Assembly (NCBI RefSeq): GCF_032191835.1 | Contig: NC_083240.1 | Location: 248,001-312,000, forward strand | Reading direction: 5' to 3' | Length of the DNA: 64,000 nt | Source of the DNA: Heteronotia binoei | Taxonomy: Eukaryota | Part shown: piece after piece, positions 43,001 through 51,925 of the stretch | Numbering within the stretch: the first letter of the stretch is position 1 | Layout: each line of letters begins with the position of its first letter | Position numbers and translations under genes: made by a program | Notes under the pieces: model-generated | Databases searched by the model: none | What the model saw: only the letters and a program-made list of their open reading frames with translations | Told to the model about the DNA's origin: nothing

Positions 43001-43195
43001 TTTGCCCTGGAGGTATCACGAACTGGAACTGTACCTGTGGAGCGCACGGGAAGATTCTGAACCTTGATCCCAAAGCTTTTCCGGGGCTCATCTTTCTCCA
43101 GAGATGGAAGCAGCTGGGAGGTGGGTGCTGGAACAGCAGTGGACTGAACAGACCGGGCTGGAGACTCATCACTTGAACTGCTGCTGGAGTCGCTA
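15883..43195 (-). CDS. SPEN: SPEN (SHARP/MINT), 5'-partial: exons 4-15 (human numbering), complement join(43035-43195,41968-42168,41304-41455,40268-40393,39704-39817,38690-38803,37946-38046,24910-32743,18560-18955,18118-18312,16332-16490,15883-16014); RRM2-4, large disordered region, SPOC domain
   Basis: RRM peptides (GIKVQNLP, TRTLFIGNL, CVWLDGL), a 2596-aa ORF, and the SPOC domain (KYPIVWQGLLALKNDTAAVQLHFVSGN...SPHLMIVIASV*). The 9685 nt are phase-consistent. Exons 1-3 were not found in the window. Confidence 0.97.
16332..16490 (-). CDS. SPEN: SPEN exon 14 (SPOC)
   Basis: VESDYCLLLALPCGRDQEDVVSQTESLKAAFISYLQAKQAAGIINVPNPGSNQ; 159 nt; donor GTATGA. Confidence 0.98.
16852..18035. repeat. Long inverted repeat: arms 16852-17203 and 17679-18035 around a 475-bp spacer (SPEN intron 13)
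   Basis: The reverse complement of the right arm aligns end to end with the left arm, e.g. tatctaacaacacactaaagagtca, ccagtctctgccgcacc, atatgcaaacatcttaggtgtga, ctgcatgtttcaagagaatccctt. About 85% identity by hand. No TSD seen. Confidence 0.95.
17212..17618 (-). pseudogene. Duplicated fragment of SPEN exon 11 (copy of 31796-32202), same orientation, with a premature stop
   Basis: Ungapped 407-bp alignment at a constant offset of 14584 with ~25 mismatches. It encodes MDKQKRKAKIHSPSSQ...NRLELMPCVVLTRVKEKEG...KSPFLE* (TGA where the exon has CCA). Confidence 0.95.
18118..18312 (-). CDS. SPEN: SPEN exon 13 (SPOC)
   Basis: KYPIVWQGLLALKNDTAAVQLHFVSGNNVLAHRSLPAPEGGPPLRIAQRMRLEASQLEGVARRMM; 195 nt; donor GTGAGT. 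Confidence 0.98.
18560..18955 (-). CDS. SPEN: SPEN exon 12
   Basis: ctctcag|GLPEGEHS...QRPVDMVQLLT|gtaact; 396 nt. Confidence 0.93.
19226..19398 (+). mobile_element. Degenerate 5S-derived (5S-Sauria-like) SINE
   Basis: 5S-like head (agcccaagctggccagatttgggaagctaag...gggagacctccaaggaa) plus a Sauria/RTE-type tail (gcaaaccacctct..acgtctcttgccttgaaaaccct). Family name is recalled, not searched. Confidence 0.6.
19399..19607 (-). mobile_element. tRNA-derived SINE with a CR1-like tail (Squam2-like)
   Basis: Minus strand: A box gtggctcagtggtaga, B box ggttcaatccc, then ctgccagtctgagaagacaatactgac...gattcagtataaggcagcttcatat. Near-identical family member at 55844-56020. Confidence 0.85.
19978..23212 (+). 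mobile_element. CR1 LINE with a nearly complete but disrupted ORF2 (APE endonuclease and RT), antisense in SPEN intron 11
   Basis: GISETWW, GDFNYP, SDHN (EN); [49 protein letters not shown] (RT); tail cttatgttcttatgt. Stops and frameshifts are present. Confidence 0.97.
21777..22051 (+). mobile_element. Young Squam3-like tRNA/CORE SINE nested in the CR1 RT, 7-bp TSD TCAAGAG
   Basis: TSD at 21770-21776 and 22052-22058; removing the insert restores KLKSHGVKG; A/B-box head and (TTC)n tail. Confidence 0.93.
23652..24820 (+). mobile_element. Second 5'-truncated CR1 (3' part of ORF2 plus 3' UTR) followed by a second, more diverged 3'-UTR copy
   Basis: ORF MLGIIRKGIEN...RSISGY. The 3'-UTR block gtctggggcagtgatgctctgtattcttgg...ctggatgggcca..gatccaacatggcttctc occurs at ~24461-24630 and ~24631-24820. 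Confidence 0.93.
24910..32743 (-). CDS. SPEN: SPEN exon 11 (giant exon, 7834 nt)
   Basis: ttggcag|A GAC GAA AGA (R-DERRGSYDY...) through ...SMTPSQ|gtgagg; a single ORF. It includes the RBPJ-binding-like KATSVISRMPPSIDLE (~26670-26715). Confidence 0.98.
33001..33381 (-). mobile_element. Squam3-like SINE (full copy 33113-33381) plus a tandem copy of its 3' ~110 bp (33001-33112)
   Basis: Reverse complement of the 21777-22051 element; the tail block gaagaaga..tattggatttatatccc..caccctgtgaggt occurs twice. Confidence 0.92.
33886..33940 (+). mobile_element. Short L2 ORF2 fragment
   Basis: Encodes DGVPLIPAPKVKSLGVL, homologous to DGVSLILAPKVKSLGLL in the minus-strand L2 near 35080-35125. Confidence 0.65.
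33941..34322 (+). mobile_element. Penelope-like element terminal fragment (three degenerate ~60-72-bp internal repeats plus a hammerhead motif)
   Basis: aacaat...cacatcca/cacagtca units at 33955, 34027 and 34087, followed by CTGAGGA...GAAACGTC and a terminal gaaagattctacaaacccta. The PLE assignment is inferred from the hammerhead. Confidence 0.6.
34224..34264 (+). ncRNA. Minimal type I hammerhead ribozyme motif (PLE type)
   Basis: CCA-CUGAGGA-U-[GUUCUC cgcagcu GAGAAC]-GAAAC-GUC^UGG: intact core, 6-bp helix II, palindromic ACGU helix III, 3-bp helix I. Predicted cleavage after 34261. Confidence 0.7.
34321..36742 (-). mobile_element. L2-clade LINE, degenerate ORF2 (EN remnant to 3' UTR)
   Basis: THRAGHTLDLIF and SDHY (EN); QSGFRSGHGTET, LDLSAAFDMVDH, GVPQG, YADDTQLY, LKLNPTKTE (RT); SRIDHCN and RAFSVAAPELWNALP (C-terminal). 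Confidence 0.93.
36743..37475 (+). mobile_element. Second L2 copy (3' end with (AATA)n tail), head-to-head with the previous L2
   Basis: LVIHATVTSRIDHCYALYMGLP...; terminal gttagctgccctgagtcc...gggtgggatttaaata followed by aataaataaata. Confidence 0.9.
37583..37890. other. Assembly gap (308 N) in SPEN intron 10
   Basis: Run of N. Confidence 1.
37946..38046 (-). CDS. SPEN: SPEN exon 10 (end of RRM4), GC donor
   Basis: VDFANRESQLAFYQSMEKTGQDIRDFYEMLAER; 101 nt; donor AG|GCAAGT. Confidence 0.95.
38690..38803 (-). CDS. SPEN: SPEN exon 9 (RRM4)
   Basis: VVFDRLKGMALILYNEIEYAQAAVKETKGRKIGGNKIK; 114 nt; donor GTCTGG. Confidence 0.97.
38956..39040. repeat. (GGGGA)n polypurine tract
   Basis: ggggaggggaggggaggggaggggaaaggaggggagggag... 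Confidence 0.85.
39704..39817 (-). CDS. SPEN: SPEN exon 8 (RRM3/4)
   Basis: LGFGKSMPTNCVWLDGLSTNVTDQYLNRHFCRYGPVVK; 114 nt. Confidence 0.97.
40268..40393 (-). CDS. SPEN: SPEN exon 7 (RRM3)
   Basis: DIDIKKVNGVPQYAFLQYCDIASVCKAIKKMDGEYLGNNRLK; 126 nt. Confidence 0.98.
41304..41455 (-). CDS. SPEN: SPEN exon 6 (RRM3)
   Basis: ETESENEFRPLDERIDEFHPKATRTLFIGNLEKTTTYHDLRSIFQRFGGIV; 152 nt; donor GTAAGT. This exon is absent from the ORF track and was read by hand. Confidence 0.96.
41968..42168 (-). CDS. SPEN: SPEN exon 5 (RRM2)
   Basis: DTSLKDGLFHEFKKYGKVTSVQIHGVSEERYGLVFFRQQEDQEKALNASKGKLFFGMQIDVTAWIGP; 201 nt. Confidence 0.98.
43035..43195 (-). CDS. SPEN: SPEN exon 4
   Basis: cacag|SDSSSSSSDESPARSVQSTAVPAPTSQLLPSLEKDEPRKSFGIKVQNLPVRST|gtacag; 161 nt. 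Confidence 0.96.
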
Positions 43196-43725
43196 CTGTG
43201 GAAGTGAGAGAGAACACTGCAGTTCAGCACACAGGGAGGCACCAAGCAGAAGCCTTGATACAACAGCACAAGTCAGACTTCTGGCCCCTCGAAAGTCAAA
43301 TGGACACCACTCAGATTAATACAGCTACCTATATAAACAGTTTCTCTGAGGAGCAAGCAAGGGTGTGAAAGATTCAACCCAGTTTGCTTGAGTGTGTGTG
43401 TGTTTGCATGAACAAAAAACACTCCAAGGGCCAGGTGATCCAGGCCATGAGAAACTGGAAATCTCTCTCCTGCTCCATGCACAAGTTGCACAAAAGGCCT
43501 ATTTAACAGCCCTGTACTGAAAGGCATTCATGAACCACACTGCAGTGGCACCTCCTGAGGCATCCAGCACAATTAAAACCTGGAGACTCTGCTAAGTCAG
43601 GAAACCCTCTTGTTTTACCCAGCCAGCACAGAGAAGGTGCATTTAATTTGCCTAGTTTGGGGCTCTCGGGCAAAAGCATTCTACTATCTCTGATTTGGCT
43701 CCTCCTTTCCTTGCTTCCATAACAA

Positions 43726-43988
43726 AGAAGAAGAGATTGGATTTATACGCTGCACTTCACCACCCAAAGGAGAGCATCTTGCAATCTCCTTTCCCTTCTC
43801 CTCCCCACAAATACCCTGTGAGGTAGATGAGGCTGAGAGAGCTCTGCAAGAACTGCTGTTTAGCAGAACAGCTCTGAGAAAATTATGACTGACCCAAGGT
43901 CACTCCAGCAGGTGCAGGTGGAGGAGTAGGGAATCAAACCTGGTTCTCCCAGATAAGAGCCCGCACATCCAACCACTATACCAAACTG
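43726..43988 (-). mobile_element. Older Squam3-like SINE
   Basis: Diverged reverse-complement match to 21777-22051, with head ccaaactg and tail gaagaag. Confidence 0.85.
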
Positions 43989-44901
43989 CACAAAGTAATT
44001 TCCATAACTTGCTTCCATCCTGTACAAGGAATTCATAATCCTCATCAAAGCATTTGCTTGCAAAATCCATGGAGATGGTAGTCGAGGAAACTGCATGAGG
44101 GTAATATGTCAAGTAGATCTTGCAACATTTACCAACAAAAGGGAAGATTTAATTACGTGTAATGTAGAGTTTCAGCAGCTTAAGAGATGTGTAGGAAGAC
44201 TGAAAAATTATGTAGGGCACACAGGACTCATGGAGCCTCACTGTCCTTCAGGCATTCTCATCACCCAGCAATGCCAGAGAACAGCAAAATCTGTAATTAA
44301 ATTTTGAACAGATTAAGATCTAAGCTGAATCCAAGGACTCCACCTTTTGAAAACAGATGGAATATCAGTCCTGATCGGAGCTTTAAGGAACACACATGGC
44401 CTTGGATGGGGTTATAATTAACAAAGAACAGCAGGAAAGAGACGCCCCCCCCCCAACCTCTCATCACTACTATCCAGAGCTGGACAGTCAGACCTATATC
44501 CAAACCTAAGAGTGCAAATGTGTCCTTCTAGAATAAAGCTGGGACTTTGGGTCACACAAAAACCTCAATGAATATGTCACTATCCCTCCAAAATGCTGGG
44601 AAATGTGGCAGGCAGGTCATGACATGTGAGTTTTTTCCAGATTGTCATTTAATAGAACTCCTGTGTCTTTGAGGTGAAGCTCAGCTGCTTTTATCCTCCC
44701 ACAAGAGCAGCCACCCCCCCCCCCAATGTTTCCTCTCCAGGGAGATATTCCAGCCACATGGGGACATAGGTAGGCGGGGGAGTCAGCCAGCACCTGTGGC
44801 CACCTGCAGCACCACCAACGACTCCTTCCAATAAGCCCCAGGCAGAAATGCACAGCTCCCACCATATCCCGCCTCATGTTGGATGGCTAACCTGTCTAGA
44901 C

Positions 44902-45390
44902 CAGGGGTGTCAAACTCATCTGTTATGAGGGCTGAGGAGACCTTGTTGGGCCGGGTCATGCCATATTGGGACAGGCTATGTGTGTACCTATTTAAGGTAG
45001 GTAGCTGAGATATAAACTTTATAAAGGAAATAGACAAACACAATTAAAGATTTTTTAAGCCCCTAAAATTAAAAACTAGCACTCGTTGGTCTTAAAGGTG
45101 CTTTCTTTGTATTTCTTCCCTGGGATCCAGGGAAGTGGGCAAAGAAAGCTCCAGCTCTTTCTTTCCTTCCCCAGGGGACCAGGAGGGGGAGAAGCCTCAA
45201 CCAATGGAGAAAACAGAAGCTTTGCTCTGTAGCTCCTGTGCGATTGAGCGAGCCTTGCAAACCAAGCTGTGATGCAGAAGGAAGCAAGAGAGAGGGAGAA
45301 GAAAGCAGAAGACAGCCAGTTGCTCAGGGGCCTGATAGGAGCCCTCTAGTGGCCTGATTCAGCCCTCAGGCCACATGTTTGACACCCCTG
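44902..45390. mobile_element. hAT (Charlie-type) MITE, 489 bp
   Basis: Perfect 14-bp TIR CAGGGGTGTCAAAC/GTTTGACACCCCTG; 8-bp TSD gtctagac/atttagac (nTCTAGAn-type). Confidence 0.92.
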
Positions 45391-46774
45391 ATTTAGACCC
45401 TAAAGAAATGAATTCCAAGAAGCCAGAAAATGTGCAGCAGACTCTGTGCAAGCCCCACTTGGCTATGTGGAGATGCAGCACAAAATAGGCCCTCAAACTT
45501 GCAATAAAAATATGAGATTTGTCGCCCTCATACCTTCCTGAACTCGGCGTATTTTACCTCCCACACCAATCTTGTGCAATGTTATATCTGTATTTCCATA
45601 AATATTTCACTAACCATTTTCTTCTGGCATCAAATAAGACCATCAGCGTTTAATTTTTCTGAGAGGGAAGCTAGAGCAAAAAGCCAAAGGAGATGGTTCC
45701 ATGTCACAGGATGCCCTCCTGATTATTCTCCCTCCACAAAGCATTTTCACAGTCCATCTCTCTCTTCTGCAGCCCTCTTGTCACTTCTCCAGACTGATTT
45801 AGGAACAAAACCCTCTTCATGGGCTAAAATCTGTGTCCCCCCACCCCCCATGGAAAACACACACACTGTGGATAGCTACAAAAAGTGTTGGTGCTAGTCT
45901 CCTGAAGCACTAACTGCTCTTCCCCACTTCCTCAGGCTGTAGTATACCTCAGCATTTAAGGGGAAAAGCTAATCCCTTTCTAAGTGGGATCCCTTTGCCT
46001 GCAGGAAAACCACAATGCCACAAACAAGTGGATGGGACCCCTGGAAGAGGGGGGGGAGGCCTGCCTGCTCTCTTGCACTCCCCACTTATTCTTCATGAAG
46101 AAATGTATGCTTAAAGGCTGGCTGACCCCAGAAGACGCCTGCTCCCACGGATGCCTCAAAACCCTGAGCCAGGACTCAGGGGCCCCACAGCTACATGCAG
46201 CTGGCGATCAGTGTAGAGACCACCACACAAGCAGCCTTGCCCGCCCATTTGGCTCCAAGTGCAAGTCAAGGTGCTGGCTACGACCTCGGAAGCCTTCCTG
46301 GTCCAGGAGCCACCTCTCCCTCCCTCCCTCTGAGCCTCTTCCGTGGCCCCCTTGCAGCCACTGGCCAGCTTCTCCCGCTTGGGGTAGCCTGCCTGGCATC
46401 CCCTAGAGCCCCTGGGGCCTTTTCTGGGGCCACTTCCACTCAGAGGGGGTTGCCAAACAAGGGCTACAGGCAGAGCTGCTGTCAGGCCGGGTACTGGCTG
46501 CAAGGAAGGGGGCTGTCTGGAGTCAAATGCTCTTCTGCTAGAGATTTTAAATTGGAATTTGTAAGTTTCCTTGAACCACGAGGAAAGAAAGGATATAAAT
46601 ATTTTAATTTTTTAAAAAGATGCTGTGAACACATCTCCATTAGAACTGTGACATAATTACCTGCTATAAGTAATTTACACCTTCTAGATTACACACTGCG
46701 AAGAATGACACTAACAACACAAGACAGAGAAGACAGCTGCTGAAGAATAAAGTCTTGATCGCCTTACTTAGCAG

Positions 46775-46946
46775 CTGTGTTCCCTCTAAGCTGAGTTAGT
46801 GAGAGCTAGCTCACAATTTTTAAGCCTCTGGCTCACACATTTTTGTTTTAACTCAGGAAAAATTGCTCCAGAGCTAACTAATTTATGCAGTAGCTCACAA
46901 AGTAGAATTTTTGCTCAGAAGACTCCACATCTTAGAGGGAACTTTG
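46775..46946. mobile_element. hAT MITE, 172 bp
   Basis: TIR ctgtgttccctctaag/cttagagggaactttg; perfect 8-bp TSD CTTAGCAG at 46767-46774 and 46947-46954. Confidence 0.9.
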
Positions 46947-47799
46947 CTTAGCAGTACCTTAAGCACTGAAATATGGCCTTCCCAGTGAGTTGAAGAATAA
47001 CCCAAGCAATCTCCCAGTTGCCACAGCTCAAGACACCAAGAAGCACAACCTTCTGATGTGACCTACAAGTTATTCCACTGGTGTAGAAAGCAAAATTTAC
47101 AAGTCCTCTTTGAAAGCTCAGATGCAGAAATGAGGCAGAGCTGAGAACAGCACACTGATGCATGTTAACACATGAAAAGCAAGAGGGGGGAAGAATGAGG
47201 ATTGAGTGCCAAACAAGCGAAGCTGCCACCGCCGCTCAAGTCCCCTTTGACGAGCTGCTACTAAAGAGACATCTGCTCTTAAGGGTGGGGGGGGGCAGGG
47301 AACTGTATCCCATGCAGATCAAGACTTTCCCCTGGCACTGGGAAGGCTGTTCTAGAAAAGGGATGGGGGGGGCACTGTGCAATCCTTCTGCCCTGGACTG
47401 GACTCCCCAAGCAGAACAGCTGCCTCTTACTTTCATGATAAAGCACATGTGGTCTTTCTACTACCAAACTAATTCTACCATACTTGGAGAATTTCTCGCA
47501 CACTTCCTATGCATTTCCTTGGGAGAGAATGACAACCAAAAACAGGCCTGAGTGGACACCAGCCCCTCCACGGAACATCATGTGCACCTCTTGGGAGACA
47601 AACACACGTGACCTTAGATGAACTCTAATCAGATTAGCCCAGGAACAATCTCAAGTGAGCCAATAATCCAACTTTGTTTTCAGAGGCACACAGGTAAAAA
47701 TAATTACAGCTAATCCCCCCAAGTTGTTCACAAGCCAGCACTGTGCAATGAAAAAGTGTGGTAATCAGAAGCCATGCTTCCCTGGCCAAGAGATCAGCC

Positions 47800-47915
47800 A
47801 TGGGAATCCACTGGCTTTGTGGAAGGCTACTATTACTCCGTCTCAGTTTCCTTCTATTGTAAAACAGGAAAGCTAGTGACCTACCTCAGAAAGCTGTTAG
47901 AGAGAAGAACAGGTA
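47800..47915 (+). mobile_element. MIR/CORE-SINE relic
   Basis: tctcagtttccttctattgtaaaacagg..agtgacctacctcagaaagctgtt resembles the CORE consensus ctcagtttcctcatctgtaaaatggg..acctacctca..ggttgtt. Confidence 0.5.
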
Positions 47916-48374
47916 GGTGGCAGCTGCAATCCCCCCCAAGCCTTTGGGATGGGGTGGAATGTATATTCCAGAAGCAAGGAGCATAAAAGAGGATGCCTTC
48001 CAAAGGTCCCCTGGAGCTTTTTGTTAAGGCGAACTAACTTTATCCCAACAACCCTGACCTACATAAGGAAAGGAATCAGCTGACAGCCACTATGTGCCAT
48101 GCCCTGCTAGTTAATGCAGCCATGTGACCAAGTCTGTGTCAATAAACAACACTATGATATTCAACCTCTCCAGCTAAAAATAAGCATGCAAGGAATCTGC
48201 CTGCATCAAAGCACAGGCTGGAGACCCAGCAGCCTCTGTTAAAGCCTTTATTGACTTGGGCAGTAGTAAAAGGCAGGTTCTGATCCTCATTTTTGACTCT
48301 GCCTCTTGTAAACAGAACACATGCGAAACTAGAACCCTACACTTGAAATGGGGATGGTGACTCACTAAAAATTC

Positions 48375-48470
48375 CTATGGTCACCAGCTGAGATGGTTTT
48401 AAAAGGGGATTCGATCAATTTAAGGAGGAAAGTCCACCAACAGCGATCAGCCATAGTGGCTAGATAGCTG
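48375..48470 (+). mobile_element. Old CR1 3'-end fragment
   Basis: gatggttttaaaaggggattcgatcaatttaaggagg..tccaccaacagcgatcagcca is homologous to the ORF2 end of the intact CR1 copies. Confidence 0.55.
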
Positions 48471-49334
48471 GCTTGCCTGGAAAGACAGCAGGACCGTGGG
48501 AAAGGCTGCTGCTTTCATGCCTGCCTCATGGGCTTCCCAAAGGCACCTAGCCAGCTGCCACAGTGGTGGGCTCCAGGGAGGGGTGGTCTGAACCTGCATG
48601 ACTGTTCTTAGGGGCTTGTGGAAATCAGCACTTCTGACCCTGGAATGGATCTTCTTTATGTGTTTCCCCTGCATCACACACTGCTGCTTCTCTGGAGGGA
48701 AAAGAGAGAGAACTTGCTACTCAAGACATTTCTGGCAGCACTGCTTTACATTATGCAGAAGTACCGCAACAGATGTCCCCATTCTTTACGGGAAAGTCAC
48801 CCATAAAGATGTAAAAGATCATTTTTTAAGAAAAAAAAGGCATTATGTTTCAACACATCAAAAGTATTTGTCAGTAGTAAACCTAGAATAAACACAGAAC
48901 TCCTGATACCCAGGCCTGCTTAAAAACTGCCTTTAGGGTCAGCTGTCATCTCTGTGTGTTCCAGAATCCATTTTGTACTCAGAAAAGACTTGGCAAGGAG
49001 TCAGGCATGCATCAGCCTTAGAAAGCACCTCGGTCTCAGGGCACCATTCATAATATGGGAAAACCAAGACAGGTCTTCCATGGAGGGTGAATCAGAAACT
49101 TACTCATTAGGTGCCCATCCGAAAATTTTCATTTCCTTCCTACCTATAATCGTCTGAACGTTTGGTTGGAAGCAAGTCTCTGTAATTCCAAGAGGACCTT
49201 GCTTACAGAACACCGAGTGCAGACAAGAAGATCTGCAAAGGGCAACACAAGCCACCCTTCCATGTTTTGCTGCACAGACTGACAAAGTCAGTGATAGATC
49301 CAGGAGGGCAGTCGTGTCGGTCTGAAGCAAAAGA

Positions 49335-49640
49335 ACAAAGCTGGATTCCAGTAGCACCTTTAAGACCAACCAAGTTTTATTCAGGATATAAGCTTTGCTG
49401 TTTTTTTCCGCCTAGTCAACCCAAAGCAACGATTACCAGACCCCAACTTGTCATTCTTTTAATCTGCTAAAAACATTTTCACTATTTTGCATACTAATTC
49501 CCTGCCAACTCTCTCTATATGTAGGACTGCTGGTTCCATCCCATACTATTGTCTGATGAAGTATGCTTTTATCACACAAAAGCTTACATTCTCAATAAAA
49601 CTCTGTTGATCTTAAAGGTGTTACTGGATTCCCAACTTTG
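49335..49640. mobile_element. Pair of degenerate Penelope-type short repeats in opposite orientations (second with a decayed hammerhead)
   Basis: ccagtagcacctttaagaccaac..ttttattcaggatataagctt (-) and ctgatgaagtatgc..cacacaaaagctt..aataaaac..gatcttaaaggtgttactgga (+). Confidence 0.55.
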
Positions 49641-51799
49641 TTCTAAAGTCAATGATAACCACAGCTGAGACACAACAGGATACATATTATCTAGAGAGTT
49701 CACAGCTACTAACCCTGCCTAACTTTCAAGATCTGGTATCAAGCTATACCATACCACCTTCCCTCTGAAAGTTTGTTAAGGTCATATTATTCTCTAAGCC
49801 CTCTAAAGTTTTCCAGTATGCAGTGCTATTTTTATACATTCTATAAGTGCTCAAGTTAATGTTGTAGCCATTGGGTCCATCACTCGCCACTGAAGAGAAT
49901 AATGCCCTTGGGCATGTATTGATGCTAGATCCTAGCAAGTGTTTCCAGCCCACCCCGCCTGCAATTCTTCTCTTGGAAACTAGCTGCCATTACTCTCCAC
50001 TGAAGAAATATTTTGGAGGCTCAAGGACTAAACTGGCCGCTTCCAGGATGCAATGCAACAACCACACACTGTGACCACCGTAACGCATCACTTCAGGACT
50101 CTGGACCTGCCAACAATTAGCACCAAGCAGGGCCAATTTCCCACCAGGGGTCTCTTCTGGCATAGTCTTCCCTCACCCCTGACCCAGCACAAGACGGAAG
50201 GATTCTGTCAGTTCCCACATCCTGAACAAACACAAAGACTTAAGAGTTTCAGACAGGCTACCAAGAATATCATTATATATTTATAAATATTTATAAACAC
50301 CTTTCCCTTCCACTCACAATCATCTCAGAAGCTAATAATGAGCCCACCTGCCTGCTACCTGGGTCACACCAAGGGCCCCAACTGTCACCAGAACTTTCCT
50401 GCCTGATCCTCTAGGGAGGATTCCAGTTTACTCACCGAAGGCCAGCTTCAAATACTACAGTGATCAGCTGGTATCTCTGGCAAGGTGGTACAAGTTTCTT
50501 TGTTTGTTTTGAGCCTACCCAACCAAACATGCCCATTTTATGTTCATAAACATTCAGGCCTCTTTATACAGACACTATTTCAGGTAGTAGCAGCCACTTG
50601 TCACTGGCACTCTTCTCGCCTCAGTCAGCATTCCTTTAAACGTCTCCCACCACTGTGGTGTGCAATTAGTGTAGGTATTTGGGCCACAGCAGCAGCAGCT
50701 ATATTCACCACAGAGCTGCCCTTGAAGGAGGTCAGGGAACTCTGAACACGAATTCCTCCCCCATACATGCAAAAGGCCAGCTTCTGCCATTCCCCTCAAG
50801 CCCGTAACAGCAACAAACCAGCCAAGACAGAGACAGCCTTGCACACCAACGATTAAGGAGCCAGCCTGCTTTTTTGGGGGGGAGGGGGAAGGGGGGCAGG
50901 AACCATCTGGCAGGAACCATCCGACCTGCACTTGCAGAGGTGTGTCGCCATCCTTTGGTAGCATGCAGTGCCTTTGCTCAGCTTTGGTTGACTTTTCCTT
51001 GATAAGCTTGATCTAGGTGTCCCCCCACCCCCACCCCCGCTTTGATCACATCCAGACTGAACTACTGAAATGTGCTGTAGGGTGGGAGCTGCTTCTGAAG
51101 ACGGTTCCGAAGATCCAATCAGTGCAAAATGCAGCTGCCAGGAACGCATCACATCTGTTCTGAAAGACCCATAGTGGGACTACCATTAACTTCCAGACAC
51201 AATTCAAAGTGCTGGATATTTGTCTTAAACCCCCAAAGCAGGGCTTGACAAGCCCCTGGTGTCAGATCACTGTGGTGCCTGTCTGGTATTTTCAACAGTG
51301 CTTTTATTGTAGCATCTCTTAGCAATTCTCAGGGTAAGCGAAAAGCTTAGTTACAATTTCACATCAGAATGTTACATTGTATTATAAAATGGAAATTCTT
51401 GTGATTGCTTGCTTATAAGTAAACTGAACTTCATAACATTCAGAGATGGTGCATGAATTCATATATTGGCCCCAATATTAAATTAAATGGATATTTTTAA
51501 AGCAATGAAAAACTGGAGAGAAGTTTGAGGTTTTAGTTATGCATACATCTCATAACAGTTTTGTGGAACCTTTAATAAAATTATGAGAGACTGTGAAGAG
51601 GCTGAGAGTGGGTTTTGCGGCAGCAATAATTAAAATACAAAAGCTGAAGGCTGAGGAATGAATCTGGCTCCTAAATATTTCTGTGTACTCTCAAATGTTT
51701 GGCCTGACCCCTAGAGAGGCAGAAAGAATTTGCCAAGGCCTTCCAAGAACATTTTGGGACCAGAGTACCATATGCTCCCATGTGAGCTTGCTGCCTGCT

Positions 51800-51925
51800 A
51801 AGTTTATTCAAGGTATGAGCTTTCGTGAGCAAGCACACTTCTTCAGAATAAAACTTAGTTGGTCTTAAAGGTGCCTGACTGGACTCTAACTTTATTCTAT
51901 TGCTTCAGACCAACACAGCTACTTA
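51800..51925. mobile_element. Penelope-type short repeat with an inverted junction; hammerhead core on the minus strand (51813-51849)
   Basis: Minus strand: CUGAAGA-A-GUGUGCUUGCUCAC-GAAAGCUC-AUAC, abutting a plus-strand piece aataaaacttagttggtcttaaaggtg... Confidence 0.6.
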
